Assembly (NCBI GenBank): GCA_943788985.1
Contig: CALSSJ010000032.1
Span: 32,001 to 96,000 of the forward strand
Origin: an uncultured Lentisphaerales bacterium
GTDB lineage: Bacteria; Verrucomicrobiota; Lentisphaeria; JABSQK01; UBA12247
Direction of reading: 5' to 3'
Length of the DNA: 64,000 nucleotides
Below are positions 10,643 to 21,121 of this stretch, in pieces. Under the pieces are notes generated by a model. The model did not search any database. It had not been told where the DNA came from and worked only from the letters and a program-made list of their open reading frames with translations. The position numbers and the translations under genes are program-made. Each line of letters opens with the position of its first letter. Position 1 is the first letter of the stretch.

Positions 10643-11994
10643 GGTCTAAGCACAGCCCCCAACTCACGCTGGCGTAGAAGAAGGAGCCCGACGAGGCTGA
10701 CAGGAAGAGCGCGGATCAACAGCAGCTTTACGGCTACGGTGAAGATGTATGAGAGCTCGATCAACCGTCCGTGAGAGAGGGACGAAATGCCGCTGAACTC
10801 ATTGGCACCTACGGTGATGAAGCGCACGCCGCGGCGTACTTGATACTGGATTTGGCTGATGGCATCGCCCCCGGGGACGTCCATCTCGCCTTTGGCAGGC
10901 GTCTGAAAGTCCACGAGTGCGCCGAGTGCCAGGTAGGCGCAGACTAGAAACGCAGCAGCACCGGTGGAGAAGGCCCCGCCCAGCGCGCACGAGAATGCGG
11001 CGATGGCTACCACATGAAGCAGAACCAGCAGGACTGCCCGTGTGTAGTTGTTCGCAAATGATACGGCTGGTAGGAGAGCGCTCGGACCGTCGATGTGCTG
11101 GATGATGGCGACTCGTTGCTCCGGGTCAAAATTTGTATACGCGACTTTGAGTTCGCCGTCTTCGCTGATGAACTTGCCGGAGATAGGCAGCTCGAGAAAC
11201 ACCCCGCTCATGGCGTCGCGCGGCTGCGAAACGAACCGCTTGGAGGTGGCTTCCTTTACGTGCCAGACGCCTTCGGTGCGCTCTCGCACTCTGCTCTTTA
11301 CTTGAGCGCGATAGATTCGATATCGCAGATGGACGATCTCATCAGGCCCGAGCTGAGGGAGACCTTTGATAACCCATTCGCGTGTCATGCTGAATGGAAT
11401 CTCGTCCAGGTGCCTCTTGAGCTCTCTCTGTAGCGTGGAGAGTTGCGCGACTTCGGGGAGGCGGGTATCGATCAACCCCTCGTGGAGGCGGCGACGATAT
11501 TCCTGCTTCACAAGCTCGTCGAGCGAGGGGCGATCGGTGTCGAAGACGCGGCGCCCCGTGAGCACATTGGCCTTCAGTTCGGCGAGTTCGGCCTTGTTCT
11601 CAGCCTGCGAGAGCTTCCAGTGGGTCAACGCGAGGATGGTCGCGGCAGAGACCGAGAGCAGGACGATCTGGATGGCCATGATTCCCAGCAGTTTGCCAAG
11701 CCACAGAGTCACGACTGGGACCGGCTTGGTCAGGATCAGGTGGATCCGATGGCTCTCGATGTCGAGCGAGATCTGGGTGCACCCGAGCCACACTGTAACC
11801 AGCGAAAGTACCGCTCCGACCATGCCTAGCGAATAGGTGAGCGAGAGCTGCAGCTGACCGTGCAGGGTGCCGTCGCCGCGTAGGATCACAGGCAGCAGAG
11901 TGACCGCCAACAGTAAGGCGAGTAGTACGTGCACGACACGGGACCGCAGGGAGCCGCGAATTGTGGTTTGTGCTATTGCGAGTATCGCTGCCAA
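10639..11994 (-). CDS. ABC-2 type (PilI-like) permease with a large extracytoplasmic loop
   Basis: N-terminus ILAIAQTTIRGSLRSR and motif DIESHRIHLILTKPV...WLGKLLG. Ends LLRQREL. Confidence 0.75.
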   Translation of the reverse strand: MAAILAIAQTTIRGSLRSRVVHVLLALLLAVTLLPVILRGDGTLHGQLQLSLTYSLGMVGAVLSLVTVWLGCTQISLDIESHRIHLILTKPVPVVTLWLGKLLGIMAIQIVLLSVSAATILALTHWKLSQAENKAELAELKANVLTGRRVFDTDRPSLDELVKQEYRRRLHEGLIDTRLPEVAQLSTLQRELKRHLDEIPFSMTREWVIKGLPQLGPDEIVHLRYRIYRAQVKSRVRERTEGVWHVKEATSKRFVSQPRDAMSGVFLELPISGKFISEDGELKVAYTNFDPEQRVAIIQHIDGPSALLPAVSFANNYTRAVLLVLLHVVAIAAFSCALGGAFSTGAAAFLVCAYLALGALVDFQTPAKGEMDVPGGDAISQIQYQVRRGVRFITVGANEFSGISSLSHGRLIELSYIFTVAVKLLLIRALPVSLVGLLLLRQRELGAVLRP

Positions 11995-12098
11995 TGGTGC
12001 TGTTCCCAGTATGAAGTCTGTGGTGGGTCAACAGTAGCCCTTCGAGCGCAGGATTCGACTCAGAACAGAGGAGGAAAGAGACCGCTAGATCAGGTGCG

Positions 12099-12944
12099 CT
12101 ATCTCCCGCGTTGAATCTGCTTGACGGTCCCGGCAAGCACGCGGCCTGGGCCGAGTTCTTCGAACGAGTCTACACCCTGCTCGATCAGGGACTGGATGGT
12201 CTCTGTCCAGCGGACTGGGCTGTGAATCTGGGAGCAGAGATTGTCAATAGCCTGACCGGCCTCGTAGGGCTGCGCAGTCACGTTGGCGATCACTGGTGTG
12301 ACAGCGGCCTGGAAGCTGGTGCTTTCGAGGTGCACGCGAAATTGCTCTGCAGGATCCTTCATATAACGCGAGTGGAAGGCACCGCTCACGTTCAAGACCA
12401 CGTAGCGCTTGGCACCCGCGTCTTTAAATGCGGACTCCGCAGCTACGATATCCGCAGCCGGGCCAGAGATCACGGTTTGGCCGAGGGTGTTGAAATTCGC
12501 CATATCAAGGGTGGCCAGGTTAGCCACGCGGATAACCGCGGCGATATCATCTGCGGCCAACCCGAGGATGGCCGCCATGCCGCCGCCGGTAACCCGCGCC
12601 ATGAGTTCACCACGGGCTTTTGCCAGGCGTACGCCGGAGGCGAAATCTAGGACACCGCCAGCGTAGAGTGCGGCGTATTCCCCAAGCGAGTGACCGGCCA
12701 TAAAGGCGACCTCTTGGTCTGCACCGCGAGCGTCGTAGCTGAGGGCGTCGACGACAAACAGCGCCGGCTGGGTATACTGGGTATTGTTGAGCAGGCCGTC
12801 GGGATCTTCGAGACACAGGGATCTTAGTGAGTAGCCGAGAATCTCATCTGCTTCCGCGAGACGCTGCGGAAACTGGTCGAACAACTCCGCGCCCATGCCA
12901 ATGGTCTGGGATCCCTGACCGGGAAATAAAAATGCAGTTGCCAT
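12099..12944 (-). CDS. fabD: Malonyl-CoA:ACP transacylase
   Basis: Motifs FPGQGSQ, TQPAL, GHSLGE, R in ARGELM, VSGAFHS and ELGPG. Confidence 0.92.
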   Translation of the reverse strand: MATAFLFPGQGSQTIGMGAELFDQFPQRLAEADEILGYSLRSLCLEDPDGLLNNTQYTQPALFVVDALSYDARGADQEVAFMAGHSLGEYAALYAGGVLDFASGVRLAKARGELMARVTGGGMAAILGLAADDIAAVIRVANLATLDMANFNTLGQTVISGPAADIVAAESAFKDAGAKRYVVLNVSGAFHSRYMKDPAEQFRVHLESTSFQAAVTPVIANVTAQPYEAGQAIDNLCSQIHSPVRWTETIQSLIEQGVDSFEELGPGRVLAGTVKQIQRGR

Positions 12945-12946
12945 GG

Positions 12947-14011
12947 TTAGTTGGTTCTCCCTTCGGCCAAGTCAAGAAACATTTTCTTGTCGTTCGCTTT
13001 CATATACGCTTCCTGTGCTGATATCATTTCGCTCTCATAGAGCCGCCGTAATGTGGCATCCATGGTACACATGCCGGTAGCCTGACTTCCCTCAATGATG
13101 GACCGGATATTGGAGATCATGCCTTCGCGGATCGTGTTCGGTAAGCCCTCGTTCTCCAGCAGAATCTCATGGGCAGCCACACGCCCGCCGCCAAGTTTCT
13201 TGCAGAGCAGCTGGGAGATGACGCCGGACAGGCTGCCCGCCAGCATCGTGCGAATTTGAGCCTGCTCCTGGGCTGGAAATGCGTCAATCACGCGGTCAAT
13301 GGTCTTGGGAGCATTATTCGTATGCAGCGTGCCGAAGACGAGCATGCCCATGCTCGCACAGGTCAAGCTGAGGCGAATGGTCTCCAATTCACGCATTTCG
13401 CCCACTAGGATGATATCGGGGTCGGCGCGCATGGCGCTTTCCAGCGCTCTGCCAAAACTCTTCGCGTGAAGGCCTACCTCGCGATGGACGATCACCGACT
13501 TCTTGTTCTGGTGTACGAATTCGACCGGATCCTCGATTGTGATGATATGCTTAGCCATGGTCGCATTGATGTAGTCGAGCATGGCTGCCATAGTGGTGGA
13601 CTTACCGGAACCTGTCGGACCAGTGACGAAAACCAGCCCTTCATTGTAGTGGCAAACTTTGCGAATTGCTTCCGGCAGATTCAGCTGTTCAAGCGAGAGC
13701 ACTTTCGCAGGAATGGTGCGCAATACCGCTGCGTTACCAAAGTAATTGCACAGATAATTGACGCGGAAACGAGCCAGCCCTTCAATCTCATAAGCAAAGT
13801 CCAGATCTTTGGCCTCGAGAAAGTGCTCCCACTGGTCTTTCGGGCAGACCTCAGAGAGAATCTGCGCCATGTCTTCCGTAGTCAGTGGCGGAGAATCTAA
13901 CGCGGTAATCTCCCCGCTGATGCGAACTTTTGGCGGTAAGCTTACGGAAAGATGTAGATCGGAGCCACCGGCTTCGACCATCGCGTGCAAAAATTCGTCC
14001 ATTCTAGCCAT
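12947..14011 (-). CDS. pilT: PilT/PilU family type IV pilus retraction ATPase
   Basis: Motifs SDLHL, GPTGSGKSTT, TIEDPVE, DPDIILVGEMR and GTLHT. The ATG overlaps the upstream TAA (TAATG). Confidence 0.93.
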   Translation of the reverse strand: MARMDEFLHAMVEAGGSDLHLSVSLPPKVRISGEITALDSPPLTTEDMAQILSEVCPKDQWEHFLEAKDLDFAYEIEGLARFRVNYLCNYFGNAAVLRTIPAKVLSLEQLNLPEAIRKVCHYNEGLVFVTGPTGSGKSTTMAAMLDYINATMAKHIITIEDPVEFVHQNKKSVIVHREVGLHAKSFGRALESAMRADPDIILVGEMRELETIRLSLTCASMGMLVFGTLHTNNAPKTIDRVIDAFPAQEQAQIRTMLAGSLSGVISQLLCKKLGGGRVAAHEILLENEGLPNTIREGMISNIRSIIEGSQATGMCTMDATLRRLYESEMISAQEAYMKANDKKMFLDLAEGRTN

Positions 14012-15528
14012 TAGCGTCCGAACCACCCTTTCTTCTTTTTGATGCGTAGCTTATCGGCTTGCTCTTGGGCTATTCTCGCCTCGTTGATCTGAACTTCTTT
14101 GATACACTCGCCCTCCTCCAGATAATAAAAGGCCATTTCTGCATCGATAAAACCATCCAGATACAGCTCGAGGATGCTTTGATCCATCAGGCACATTCCA
14201 TGCTTTGTCCCGGTTTGCAGTACCTGATGCAGCTGATGCGTGGCGCCGTCAGCGATATTATTGCCCACGGCGGCGTTATTGATCAGGACTTCAAGTGCCA
14301 GTGAAAGGGTGCCTTGGAGGTTTGGTACCATCTTCTGGCAGATGACGCCGCGCAGACTCTCGGCCACCATTGCGCGAATTTGAGCCTGCTGGTCATGGGG
14401 AAACACGTCTAGCAACCGGTGTAGTGTGGTGGCCGCATCGCTGGTATGCAGCGTGCCAATCACGAGATGCCCGGTTTCGGCTGCAGTGATCGCATTCTCG
14501 ATCGTTTCGAGGTCACGGAGTTCACCGATTACGATAATATCTGGATCTTCGCGCAAGGCACCTTTGAGGGCAGAACTGAAGGATTTTGTATGAGCTCCCA
14601 CCTGTCGCTGCGTGACATTGCAACTCTTGGAGTGCTGGACAATCTCGATTGGATCCTCGACGCTGATAATGTGGTCCGTGCGCTCAGAGTTGAGAATGTC
14701 CATCATCGCGGCGAGTGTCGTGGTCTTGCCGCTGCCGACGGGGCCGGTTACGAGAATGAGCCCGTAGTGGTAGTCCAGCAGCTTCATGATGGTGGGGGCA
14801 TGGCGACCGAAGCCGAGCTCCTGGAGCGAGGGCACGTGGTTGGGGACCAGACGGTAGGTGCCGCCTAGGCCCTGCTTATGGCGCATGACGTTGACGCGAA
14901 ACCGGTTCGAGTCGTCAACGGCGAGCGCAAAATCAAGGTCCCAGTCGTTTTCGAGCTCTTCACGCTGCGTCTCGGACAGGAGGGCAATATTGATCTTATT
15001 CGCGGCTTCAGGCGTGAGCGGTTGGCCAAACATGTGCAACTGGCGCGTGATGCGGACGAACGGCTGCGCGCACGCGGAAAGATGGAGATCGCTTGCGCCC
15101 ATGTCGCGAGCGATTGCAAGCATGCGCTTTAGGACCTCCCCGGCCTGTTCGTCGGACATCTTCTCGATGCCTGCCAGATTCATTGAATCAAGGCTAGAAT
15201 AGTCTGCCTCGACATCGGCGGTTGGCATGGGCCCACGATCGGCGGGCGGGCCGGCAGCAACGTCATCTTCTGCGTAGTCTTGCTCCTCCGCAAAAGGATC
15301 ATGATCCGGGATAGCGCCAGCCTGCGCATTCGTGTGGGCCAGATCCATCCATGATTGAACAAGCTCCGTGTCTTCACAGAGCTGGTTGTCAAGCACAGTC
15401 TGTGCGATCAACATCAAGTCTGCGGCTTTAGTTCCGCCACAGACATCGATAAGTTGCAGGGCAAGATCTTCAGTAAGCACTTCTGCGTCGATTGCGGCAG
15501 AAATAAACCAGCGAATTTCAAGATTCAT
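14011..15528 (-). CDS. pilT: PilT/PilU family ATPase with a ~130-aa acidic N-terminal extension
   Basis: Motifs ASDLHL, GPVGSGKTTT, EDPIE, LREDPDIIVIGELRD and ETGHLVIGTLHT. Confidence 0.92.
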   Translation of the reverse strand: MNLEIRWFISAAIDAEVLTEDLALQLIDVCGGTKAADLMLIAQTVLDNQLCEDTELVQSWMDLAHTNAQAGAIPDHDPFAEEQDYAEDDVAAGPPADRGPMPTADVEADYSSLDSMNLAGIEKMSDEQAGEVLKRMLAIARDMGASDLHLSACAQPFVRITRQLHMFGQPLTPEAANKINIALLSETQREELENDWDLDFALAVDDSNRFRVNVMRHKQGLGGTYRLVPNHVPSLQELGFGRHAPTIMKLLDYHYGLILVTGPVGSGKTTTLAAMMDILNSERTDHIISVEDPIEIVQHSKSCNVTQRQVGAHTKSFSSALKGALREDPDIIVIGELRDLETIENAITAAETGHLVIGTLHTSDAATTLHRLLDVFPHDQQAQIRAMVAESLRGVICQKMVPNLQGTLSLALEVLINNAAVGNNIADGATHQLHQVLQTGTKHGMCLMDQSILELYLDGFIDAEMAFYYLEEGECIKEVQINEARIAQEQADKLRIKKKKGWFGR

Positions 15529-15535
15529 CAGAGAA

Positions 15536-16804
15536 TCAGAACTCCATGCGTTTCAGGAGGACATCATTTTCGTAACTGCGAACATCGTTGATCCATGCGG
15601 GGCCGACGGGAACTTCTTGCTGCAGGCAGTAGTAGTCCCAGACTGCACCCCATGGCATCGATTTGAGTTCTTCGAGCATGACCAAGCGATCTGTGTAATT
15701 TCCTGCCTCTTCCAGGGAGCGCAGGCTGTCTGTGGGCTCAAGGAGCGCAATGAGCAGCGCTTTAATCATGTTGCGCGTCCCAATGACCCAGGCGGCAATG
15801 CGATTGATGCTCGCGTCAAAAAAGTCCAAACCAATGTTGACCCGGCCGAGAAACCGGTTTCGGACGATCTCTGAGGCGATGGCGATCAACTCGTTATCCA
15901 AGGTGACGACGTGATCGCTGTCCCAGCGAACGCCACGGCTGACGTGAAGGAGAAGCTCATCGAGATAGAGCAGGACGCTGGAAATTTTATCGGAAATCAC
16001 TTCCGTGGGATGGAAGTGCCCCGCATCGAGGCAGAGCATCTTCTGATTTTTTACTGCGTAACCCAGGTAGAACTCGTGAGAGCCGATCACGCAGCTTTCG
16101 GAGCCAATGCCAAAGAGCTTACACTCGACGGCATCACGCATGTTGGGCAAGGATTCTGCGAACATCGCATCGAGAGATTCGACGAGTAGTTCACGCCGGG
16201 TGCGGCGGTCAATAGGGGTATCCTTGAAGCCGTCCGGAATCCAGACGTTTGTCACCGGAGGAGAACCGAGTTCCCTGCCCATCCAGTCTGCGATCCGCCG
16301 ACAGGCGCGACCGTGGGCGATCCAATAGTCGCGAATGGCAGGGTCAAGATGCGCCAGGGTAAAGCCGTCATCCGCATTGGGATGAGAGAAAAACGACTGG
16401 TTAAAGTCTACACCGATGTCAGTAGCCCGCGCCCAGTCGACCCAGCCTTGGAAATGGCAGGGCTCGAGTTCGGCGCGATCAACAGCCTGGCCACCAGTTT
16501 CCGCATAAATGGCATGTAGATTGACTCGATGGCGGCCGGGAATGAGGGCGAAGGCTTGGTTAAGGTCGCCTCGCAACTCACCCGCGGTGCGGGCGCGGCC
16601 GGGATAATTCCCGGTCGCGAGAATGCCACCGCCACTAAGACCGTCTCCAGATTCAAAGCCGGCCACGTCATCGCCCTGCCAGCAGTGCAGGGAAATGGGT
16701 ATTTTCGAGAGTGCCCGGAGCTGCGCGTCGGTATCGATTCCAAGTTCAGCATAGCGCGCTTGCGCTAGCTTGTACTGGGATTCGACCGAAATCGGGCTGG
16801 GCAT
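15536..16804 (-). CDS. rhaA: L-rhamnose isomerase
   Basis: Motifs [46 protein letters not shown] and [10 protein letters not shown]. Start taken at MPSPIS to avoid overlapping rplQ. Confidence 0.96.
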   Translation of the reverse strand: MPSPISVESQYKLAQARYAELGIDTDAQLRALSKIPISLHCWQGDDVAGFESGDGLSGGGILATGNYPGRARTAGELRGDLNQAFALIPGRHRVNLHAIYAETGGQAVDRAELEPCHFQGWVDWARATDIGVDFNQSFFSHPNADDGFTLAHLDPAIRDYWIAHGRACRRIADWMGRELGSPPVTNVWIPDGFKDTPIDRRTRRELLVESLDAMFAESLPNMRDAVECKLFGIGSESCVIGSHEFYLGYAVKNQKMLCLDAGHFHPTEVISDKISSVLLYLDELLLHVSRGVRWDSDHVVTLDNELIAIASEIVRNRFLGRVNIGLDFFDASINRIAAWVIGTRNMIKALLIALLEPTDSLRSLEEAGNYTDRLVMLEELKSMPWGAVWDYYCLQQEVPVGPAWINDVRSYENDVLLKRMEF

Positions 16805-16815
16805 AATGGTCTCGA

Positions 16816-17226
16816 TCAGCCCTCTGCGGTTTCGGGAGCCGTTGCTGGCTCCTGCTCTGGGGCTGTGTGAGGTTGCTCGACCCACTCCAAATAGCACATC
16901 TCGGCAGAGTCACCTGCGCGCGGGCCAATCCGAACGATGCGCGTGTAACCACCTTGCCGGTCCGCAAACAGCGGGCCGTAGGTATCAAACAGATGGCGTA
17001 CGGTCGGCAGGTCCTTCAAAATGGAAATGGCCCGGCGGCGGCTTGCAAGGTCACCTGCCTTGGCCAGGGTGACCATGCGCTCCGCGATCCGACGGGCTGC
17101 TTTTGCCTTCGGGATAGTGGTTTTGATGCGGCCTTCCCGAATCAGGCTGCCTGCCTGATTAGAGAGCATCGAACGGACATGGTCCGAACGACGTCCTAGT
17201 TGAACTTTATATTTGCGATGGCGCAT
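16816..17226 (-). CDS. rplQ: 50S ribosomal protein L17
   Basis: Motifs MRHRK...LGR, RIKTT and RQGGYTRI. Confidence 0.97.
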   Translation of the reverse strand: MRHRKYKVQLGRRSDHVRSMLSNQAGSLIREGRIKTTIPKAKAARRIAERMVTLAKAGDLASRRRAISILKDLPTVRHLFDTYGPLFADRQGGYTRIVRIGPRAGDSAEMCYLEWVEQPHTAPEQEPATAPETAEG

Positions 17227-17229
17227 GGC

Positions 17230-18270
17230 TTATGCCTCTTCTGCTTCTGACGTCGTGACTGGCACGCTGCGCTTCTGTTGCTCACGCTGAAGTGCGATGC
17301 GTACGTTCTCGGAGATATCCATGCACAGCTCGAGTCCCATCTCTACGATCTTTTCCTTAAGCTCATTGAGGGACTTCTGCCCAAAGTTGCGATACTTCAG
17401 CATCTCAGCTTCGCCACGCTGGACCAAATCACCAATAGTGTGGACGTCTGCGTTGTTCAGGCAGTTTTGTGCACGTACAGATAACTCGAGCTCGGTAACT
17501 GGACGCAACAGCTTGCGAAGCAGTGCTTCATCCTGTGGCGTGGTAATGAGCTTTGCGGCAGGATCCTCATCGATCGGGTCGAGGCCAGTGAAGACCTTGA
17601 GATGGTCTGCAAGAATGCAGGCTGCCTGGCGTACTGCGTCACCTGGTGATACGCGGCCGTCGGTCCAGACTTCAAGTTCGAGGCGATCGTAGTCTGTGCG
17701 CTGGCCGACACGAGTGGCCGACACAAAATAGGCGACACGGCGAATTGGGCTGAACAGGCTATCCGTTGGAATCACACCAATCGGGTGATCTTCACGTTTG
17801 TTGTCGTCGGCGGGGCGGTAGCCACGGCCACGATCGATTTCGATCTCGATGATGAGTTCGGTTTCGCGGTCACACGTACAGATGACTTTTTCCTGATTCA
17901 AGACGCGGGTTACGCTGTCCACGGCAATCTCGCCTGCGCGAATTTCACCATCGTGGTTTGTGCGCAGTTCGAGGCGGCGTGGGGTTTCACCATTGCACTC
18001 CAAGAGGACTTCCTTGAAGTTGAGTACGATCTCAGTGATGTCTTCAATGACGCCAGGCATCGAGGAAAACTCGTGCTGGGCACCGTGCACATGAATGGAG
18101 GAAACGGCAACGCCTTCGAGGCAGGACAACAGCACGCGCCGGAGAGCGTTTCCGAGCGTGTGGCCAAAGCCCTTCTCGAGCGGTTCAGCCACAAACTTGG
18201 CGTAGGTGTTTGTCGACGTGGTTTCGTCGATCACCAACTGGTTGGGCATTGTGAAAGGTTGAACGGACAT
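17230..18270 (-). CDS. rpoA: RNA polymerase subunit alpha
   Basis: Motifs EPLEKGFGHTLGNALRRVLL, LELSVRAQNCL and NFGQKSL. Confidence 0.98.
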   Translation of the reverse strand: MSVQPFTMPNQLVIDETTSTNTYAKFVAEPLEKGFGHTLGNALRRVLLSCLEGVAVSSIHVHGAQHEFSSMPGVIEDITEIVLNFKEVLLECNGETPRRLELRTNHDGEIRAGEIAVDSVTRVLNQEKVICTCDRETELIIEIEIDRGRGYRPADDNKREDHPIGVIPTDSLFSPIRRVAYFVSATRVGQRTDYDRLELEVWTDGRVSPGDAVRQAACILADHLKVFTGLDPIDEDPAAKLITTPQDEALLRKLLRPVTELELSVRAQNCLNNADVHTIGDLVQRGEAEMLKYRNFGQKSLNELKEKIVEMGLELCMDISENVRIALQREQQKRSVPVTTSEAEEA

Positions 18271-18323
18271 AGTGGCTCCTTGGGGAACGATAGGTTTCGC
18301 TGCAGGAAGGCGGCGAATGCCGA

Positions 18324-18944
18324 TTACTTGGAGTACAACTCGACGACGAGTTGTTCGTTGGCGACAGACTGCAGATCTGTGCGCAACGGGGTGCGATCCA
18401 CGACAACCTTAAGGTTTTCTTGGTCTACTTGAACCCACTCTGGGACCTCACGATGAACAGACTCTTCCAGATAACGGCGGGTAAGCGCCAGGGACCGGGA
18501 GGAATCCTTCACTGTGATTGTATCACCTGCACGCATGGTGCAAGATGGGATGTTTACACGGCGACCATTGACGGACAGATGGCCATGCAGAACGAGTTGG
18601 CGCGCGGCGTCACGTGTCGGCGCCAAGCCAGCACGGTAAACCACGTTGTCGTACCGCGATTCGAGCAGGATCAGCAGGTTATCACCAGTGATGCCTTGCA
18701 TGCGGCGTGCCCGTTCAAAGGTAATGCGAAACTGTTTTTCGGTCACGCCGAAGCAGTACTTCAGCTTCTGCTTCTCGAGCATCTGCTGACCATAGTCACT
18801 GAGTTTGCGCCGGTTGTGCGTAGCGCCGTGCTGCCCCGGAGGGTTCGGACGATTCGCCAGTAGACGATCAAATTTTGGAGTGCCATAGATGTTGGTGCCG
18901 AATCGGCGTACAATCTTGCCCTTGGGGCCACGGTAGCGGGACAT
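18324..18944 (-). CDS. rpsD: 30S ribosomal protein S4
   Basis: Motifs MSRYRGP, PPGQHG, EKQKL, LESRYDNVVYR and VVELYSK. Confidence 0.98.
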   Translation of the reverse strand: MSRYRGPKGKIVRRFGTNIYGTPKFDRLLANRPNPPGQHGATHNRRKLSDYGQQMLEKQKLKYCFGVTEKQFRITFERARRMQGITGDNLLILLESRYDNVVYRAGLAPTRDAARQLVLHGHLSVNGRRVNIPSCTMRAGDTITVKDSSRSLALTRRYLEESVHREVPEWVQVDQENLKVVVDRTPLRTDLQSVANEQLVVELYSK

Positions 18945-18969
18945 GTTTTATTCTCTCTAGACCTAAGGG

Positions 18970-19404
18970 TTAGACGCGGCGACGCTTGGGAGGGCGGCAG
19001 CCATTGTGGGGGACCGGAGTCATGTCGCGCAGGGCACCGATCTCAAGACCGGAGGCTACAACGCCACGGACGGCGGACTCACGTCCGGCGCCTGGGCCCT
19101 TGATTTCGACTTCAACGTCGCGAAGGCCATAGGTTGTCATGGCGCGCTTGCATGCTTCCACCGCGACAACCTGTGCAGCATAGGCAGTGCTCTTGCGGGA
19201 GCCCTTGAAGCCTTGCTTACCAGCCGATGACCATGTCAAAACGTTACCGTTCATATCAGTCACGCACACCTTAGTGTTGTTGAAGGTGGCGTGCACATGC
19301 ACGACACCGCGGGAAACATTGATAATCTTATTCTTGGCGCCTTTCTTCCGCTTAACGGGGGCCAAAACGACATTTGCAATGTCGTCATCCATAATATCAG
19401 ACAC
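18970..19404 (-). CDS. rpsK: 30S ribosomal protein S11
   Basis: Motifs [26 protein letters not shown] and [13 protein letters not shown]. Confidence 0.98.
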   Translation of the reverse strand: MSDIMDDDIANVVLAPVKRKKGAKNKIINVSRGVVHVHATFNNTKVCVTDMNGNVLTWSSAGKQGFKGSRKSTAYAAQVVAVEACKRAMTTYGLRDVEVEIKGPGAGRESAVRGVVASGLEIGALRDMTPVPHNGCRPPKRRRV

Positions 19405-19438
19405 AGGAATTCTCCAGTCTCAGTTCGTTACTTCTAAA

Positions 19439-19837
19439 TTAACGTGCTGCTTTACGCTCAGCCTTGTCACGAATGGCCCCGACTGTCCGCTTGCCGCCCT
19501 TCCGGGTACGTGCGTTGGTCTTGGTGCGCTGCCCACGGACTGGAAGCTTGGCGCGATGCCGAAAGCCGCGGTAGGACTTGATGTGCTGGAGTCGACGGAT
19601 GTCTTGCTGGACTTTGCGACGAAGGTCGCCTTCCACCATGAAATCATCGTCATTCTGCACGAGGGCGTTAATCACACCGGCCTGGGCGTCTGTCAAGTCG
19701 TAGACGCGTGTCTCGGGATCGAGATTGCAGCGTTGGCAGATGGACAGTGCCAGATGGGGGCCCACACCGTAAATATAGGTCAAGGCTATTTTGAGCTTCT
19801 TGCGTTCGGGAATATCTACACCGACGATACGTGGCAT
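19439..19837 (-). CDS. rpsM: 30S ribosomal protein S13
   Basis: Motifs MPRIVGVDIP, ALTYIYGVG and PVRGQRTKTNARTRKG. Confidence 0.98.
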   Translation of the reverse strand: MPRIVGVDIPERKKLKIALTYIYGVGPHLALSICQRCNLDPETRVYDLTDAQAGVINALVQNDDDFMVEGDLRRKVQQDIRRLQHIKSYRGFRHRAKLPVRGQRTKTNARTRKGGKRTVGAIRDKAERKAAR

Positions 19838-19849
19838 GTCAGTTTCTCC

Positions 19850-19963
19850 TTAACCTTGACGTTGTTTGTGACGTGGATCTGAACAAATAACTCGCACTAC
19901 CCCGCCGCGGCGGATGATGCGGCAATTAACGCAGCGACGTTTAACGGAAGCGCGAACTCGCAT
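19850..19963 (-). CDS. rpmJ: 50S ribosomal protein L36 (zinc-binding C+ type)
   Basis: [37 protein letters not shown], with a GGAG RBS upstream. Confidence 0.97.
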   Translation of the reverse strand: MRVRASVKRRCVNCRIIRRGGVVRVICSDPRHKQRQG

Positions 19964-20056
19964 AGGGAACTCCTGAAACTTAGATCTAAAAACTAAAAAA
20001 AAATCGGTGCAGACGGCCTCTTGGTAGGGAGGTGTCGGTGTCTGGGCGAAGCGGCT

Positions 20057-20083
20057 AATATAGCAAGACCGATGTTCTTGCAA
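20057..20083 (-). promoter_or_regulatory. Candidate internal sigma-70 promoter for rpmJ-rpsM, containing a 6-bp inverted repeat
   Basis: Minus strand reads TTGCAA-gaacatcggtct-TGc-TATATT (extended -10). Palindrome GCAAGA-N7-TCTTGC at 20063-20081. Confidence 0.4.
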
Positions 20084-20099
20084 ATGCGGGAATCGGAAA

Positions 20100-20315
20100 T
20101 CAGGTTTTGCGGTAGACGATTCGCGCCTTGGCGAGGTCATAGGGGGACATCTCCAAGGTGACCGTATCCCCCGGCAGGATGCGGATGAAATGCAGGCGCA
20201 TTTTGCCGCTGATGTGCGCTAGGACGGTGTGCCCGCCCGGGATTTCTACTCGAAACATGGTGTTCGGCAGAAGTTCCTTGACGGTGCCTTCTAGTCTTAT
20301 TGCGTCTTTGGGCAA
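20100..20315 (-). CDS. infA: Translation initiation factor IF-1 (TTG start)
   Basis: Motifs [23 protein letters not shown] and SPYDL. Confidence 0.97.
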   Translation of the reverse strand: MPKDAIRLEGTVKELLPNTMFRVEIPGGHTVLAHISGKMRLHFIRILPGDTVTLEMSPYDLAKARIVYRKT

Positions 20316-21079
20316 GTGATTATCTCCGCTTCGTGATGTGTAATGATTATCATATGTTCGAAATGCGAGGACATGCTGCCGTCCTGGGTGCGGACCGTCC
20401 AGCCATCCTCGTGATCTAGTGTGACCCGGTGCGTGCCAATGTTTACCATGGGTTCGATGGCGAGGACCATGCCGGGGCGCAAGCGCGTGGTGGCGCGGCG
20501 GGTGACGTAATTTGGAACTTCCGGGGGTTCGTGCAGGTCGACGCCGCAGCCGTGCCCGACAAAGTCATGAACGACGCTAAAGCCAGCAGAAGTCACCATT
20601 TTTTCGATTGCGCGTCCGATGTCTTGAACGGTATTGCCTGCATTGGCAGCCTTGATGCCCGCATACAGGCTCGCCTTTGTGATGTCCATCAGTTTCGCGA
20701 CTTGCGTGGTGGCTGGGCCCATAGAGACTGAGCGTGCGTTATCTCCGACATAGCCTTCGAAGTGGACGCCACAATCGATTTTTACGAGGTCGCCCATGAG
20801 TACTGTACGGCTGTCGTTGCCTATGCCATGGACAACTTCTTCGTTCAGGGAAATGCAGACTTGGCCAGGGAAGCCTTTGTAGTTCAGAAAGGCGCTGGTG
20901 GCGCCAAGTTCCTTGATCGTCTGGCCCGCGTATCGGTCCAGTTCACCTGTGGTCATGCCTGGTCTGACGTATCTGCAGATGCGATCCAGTGCTGTGGCTG
21001 CAACGACAGCGGCCTGGCGAATTCCCGCCAAGGCTTCGTCGGAGTGGATGATATATTTCGGTTTTGGCATCGGATTCAA
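20297..21079 (-). CDS. map: Methionine aminopeptidase type I
   Basis: Motifs [22 protein letters not shown] and HFEH. Confidence 0.96.
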   Translation of the reverse strand: MNPMPKPKYIIHSDEALAGIRQAAVVAATALDRICRYVRPGMTTGELDRYAGQTIKELGATSAFLNYKGFPGQVCISLNEEVVHGIGNDSRTVLMGDLVKIDCGVHFEGYVGDNARSVSMGPATTQVAKLMDITKASLYAGIKAANAGNTVQDIGRAIEKMVTSAGFSVVHDFVGHGCGVDLHEPPEVPNYVTRRATTRLRPGMVLAIEPMVNIGTHRVTLDHEDGWTVRTQDGSMSSHFEHMIIITHHEAEIITCPKTQ

Positions 21080-21121
21080 ATGGGTGGGAGTGCGCGTCCG
21101 CGGCGCGTGGGCAAAGTGGCG

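Noticed and set aside
16805..16897. N-terminal extension of rhaA overlapping rplQ (similar extensions on rpmJ and asnS)
   Set aside because: These are ORF-caller longest-start artefacts. Family-like sequence begins at downstream ATGs.
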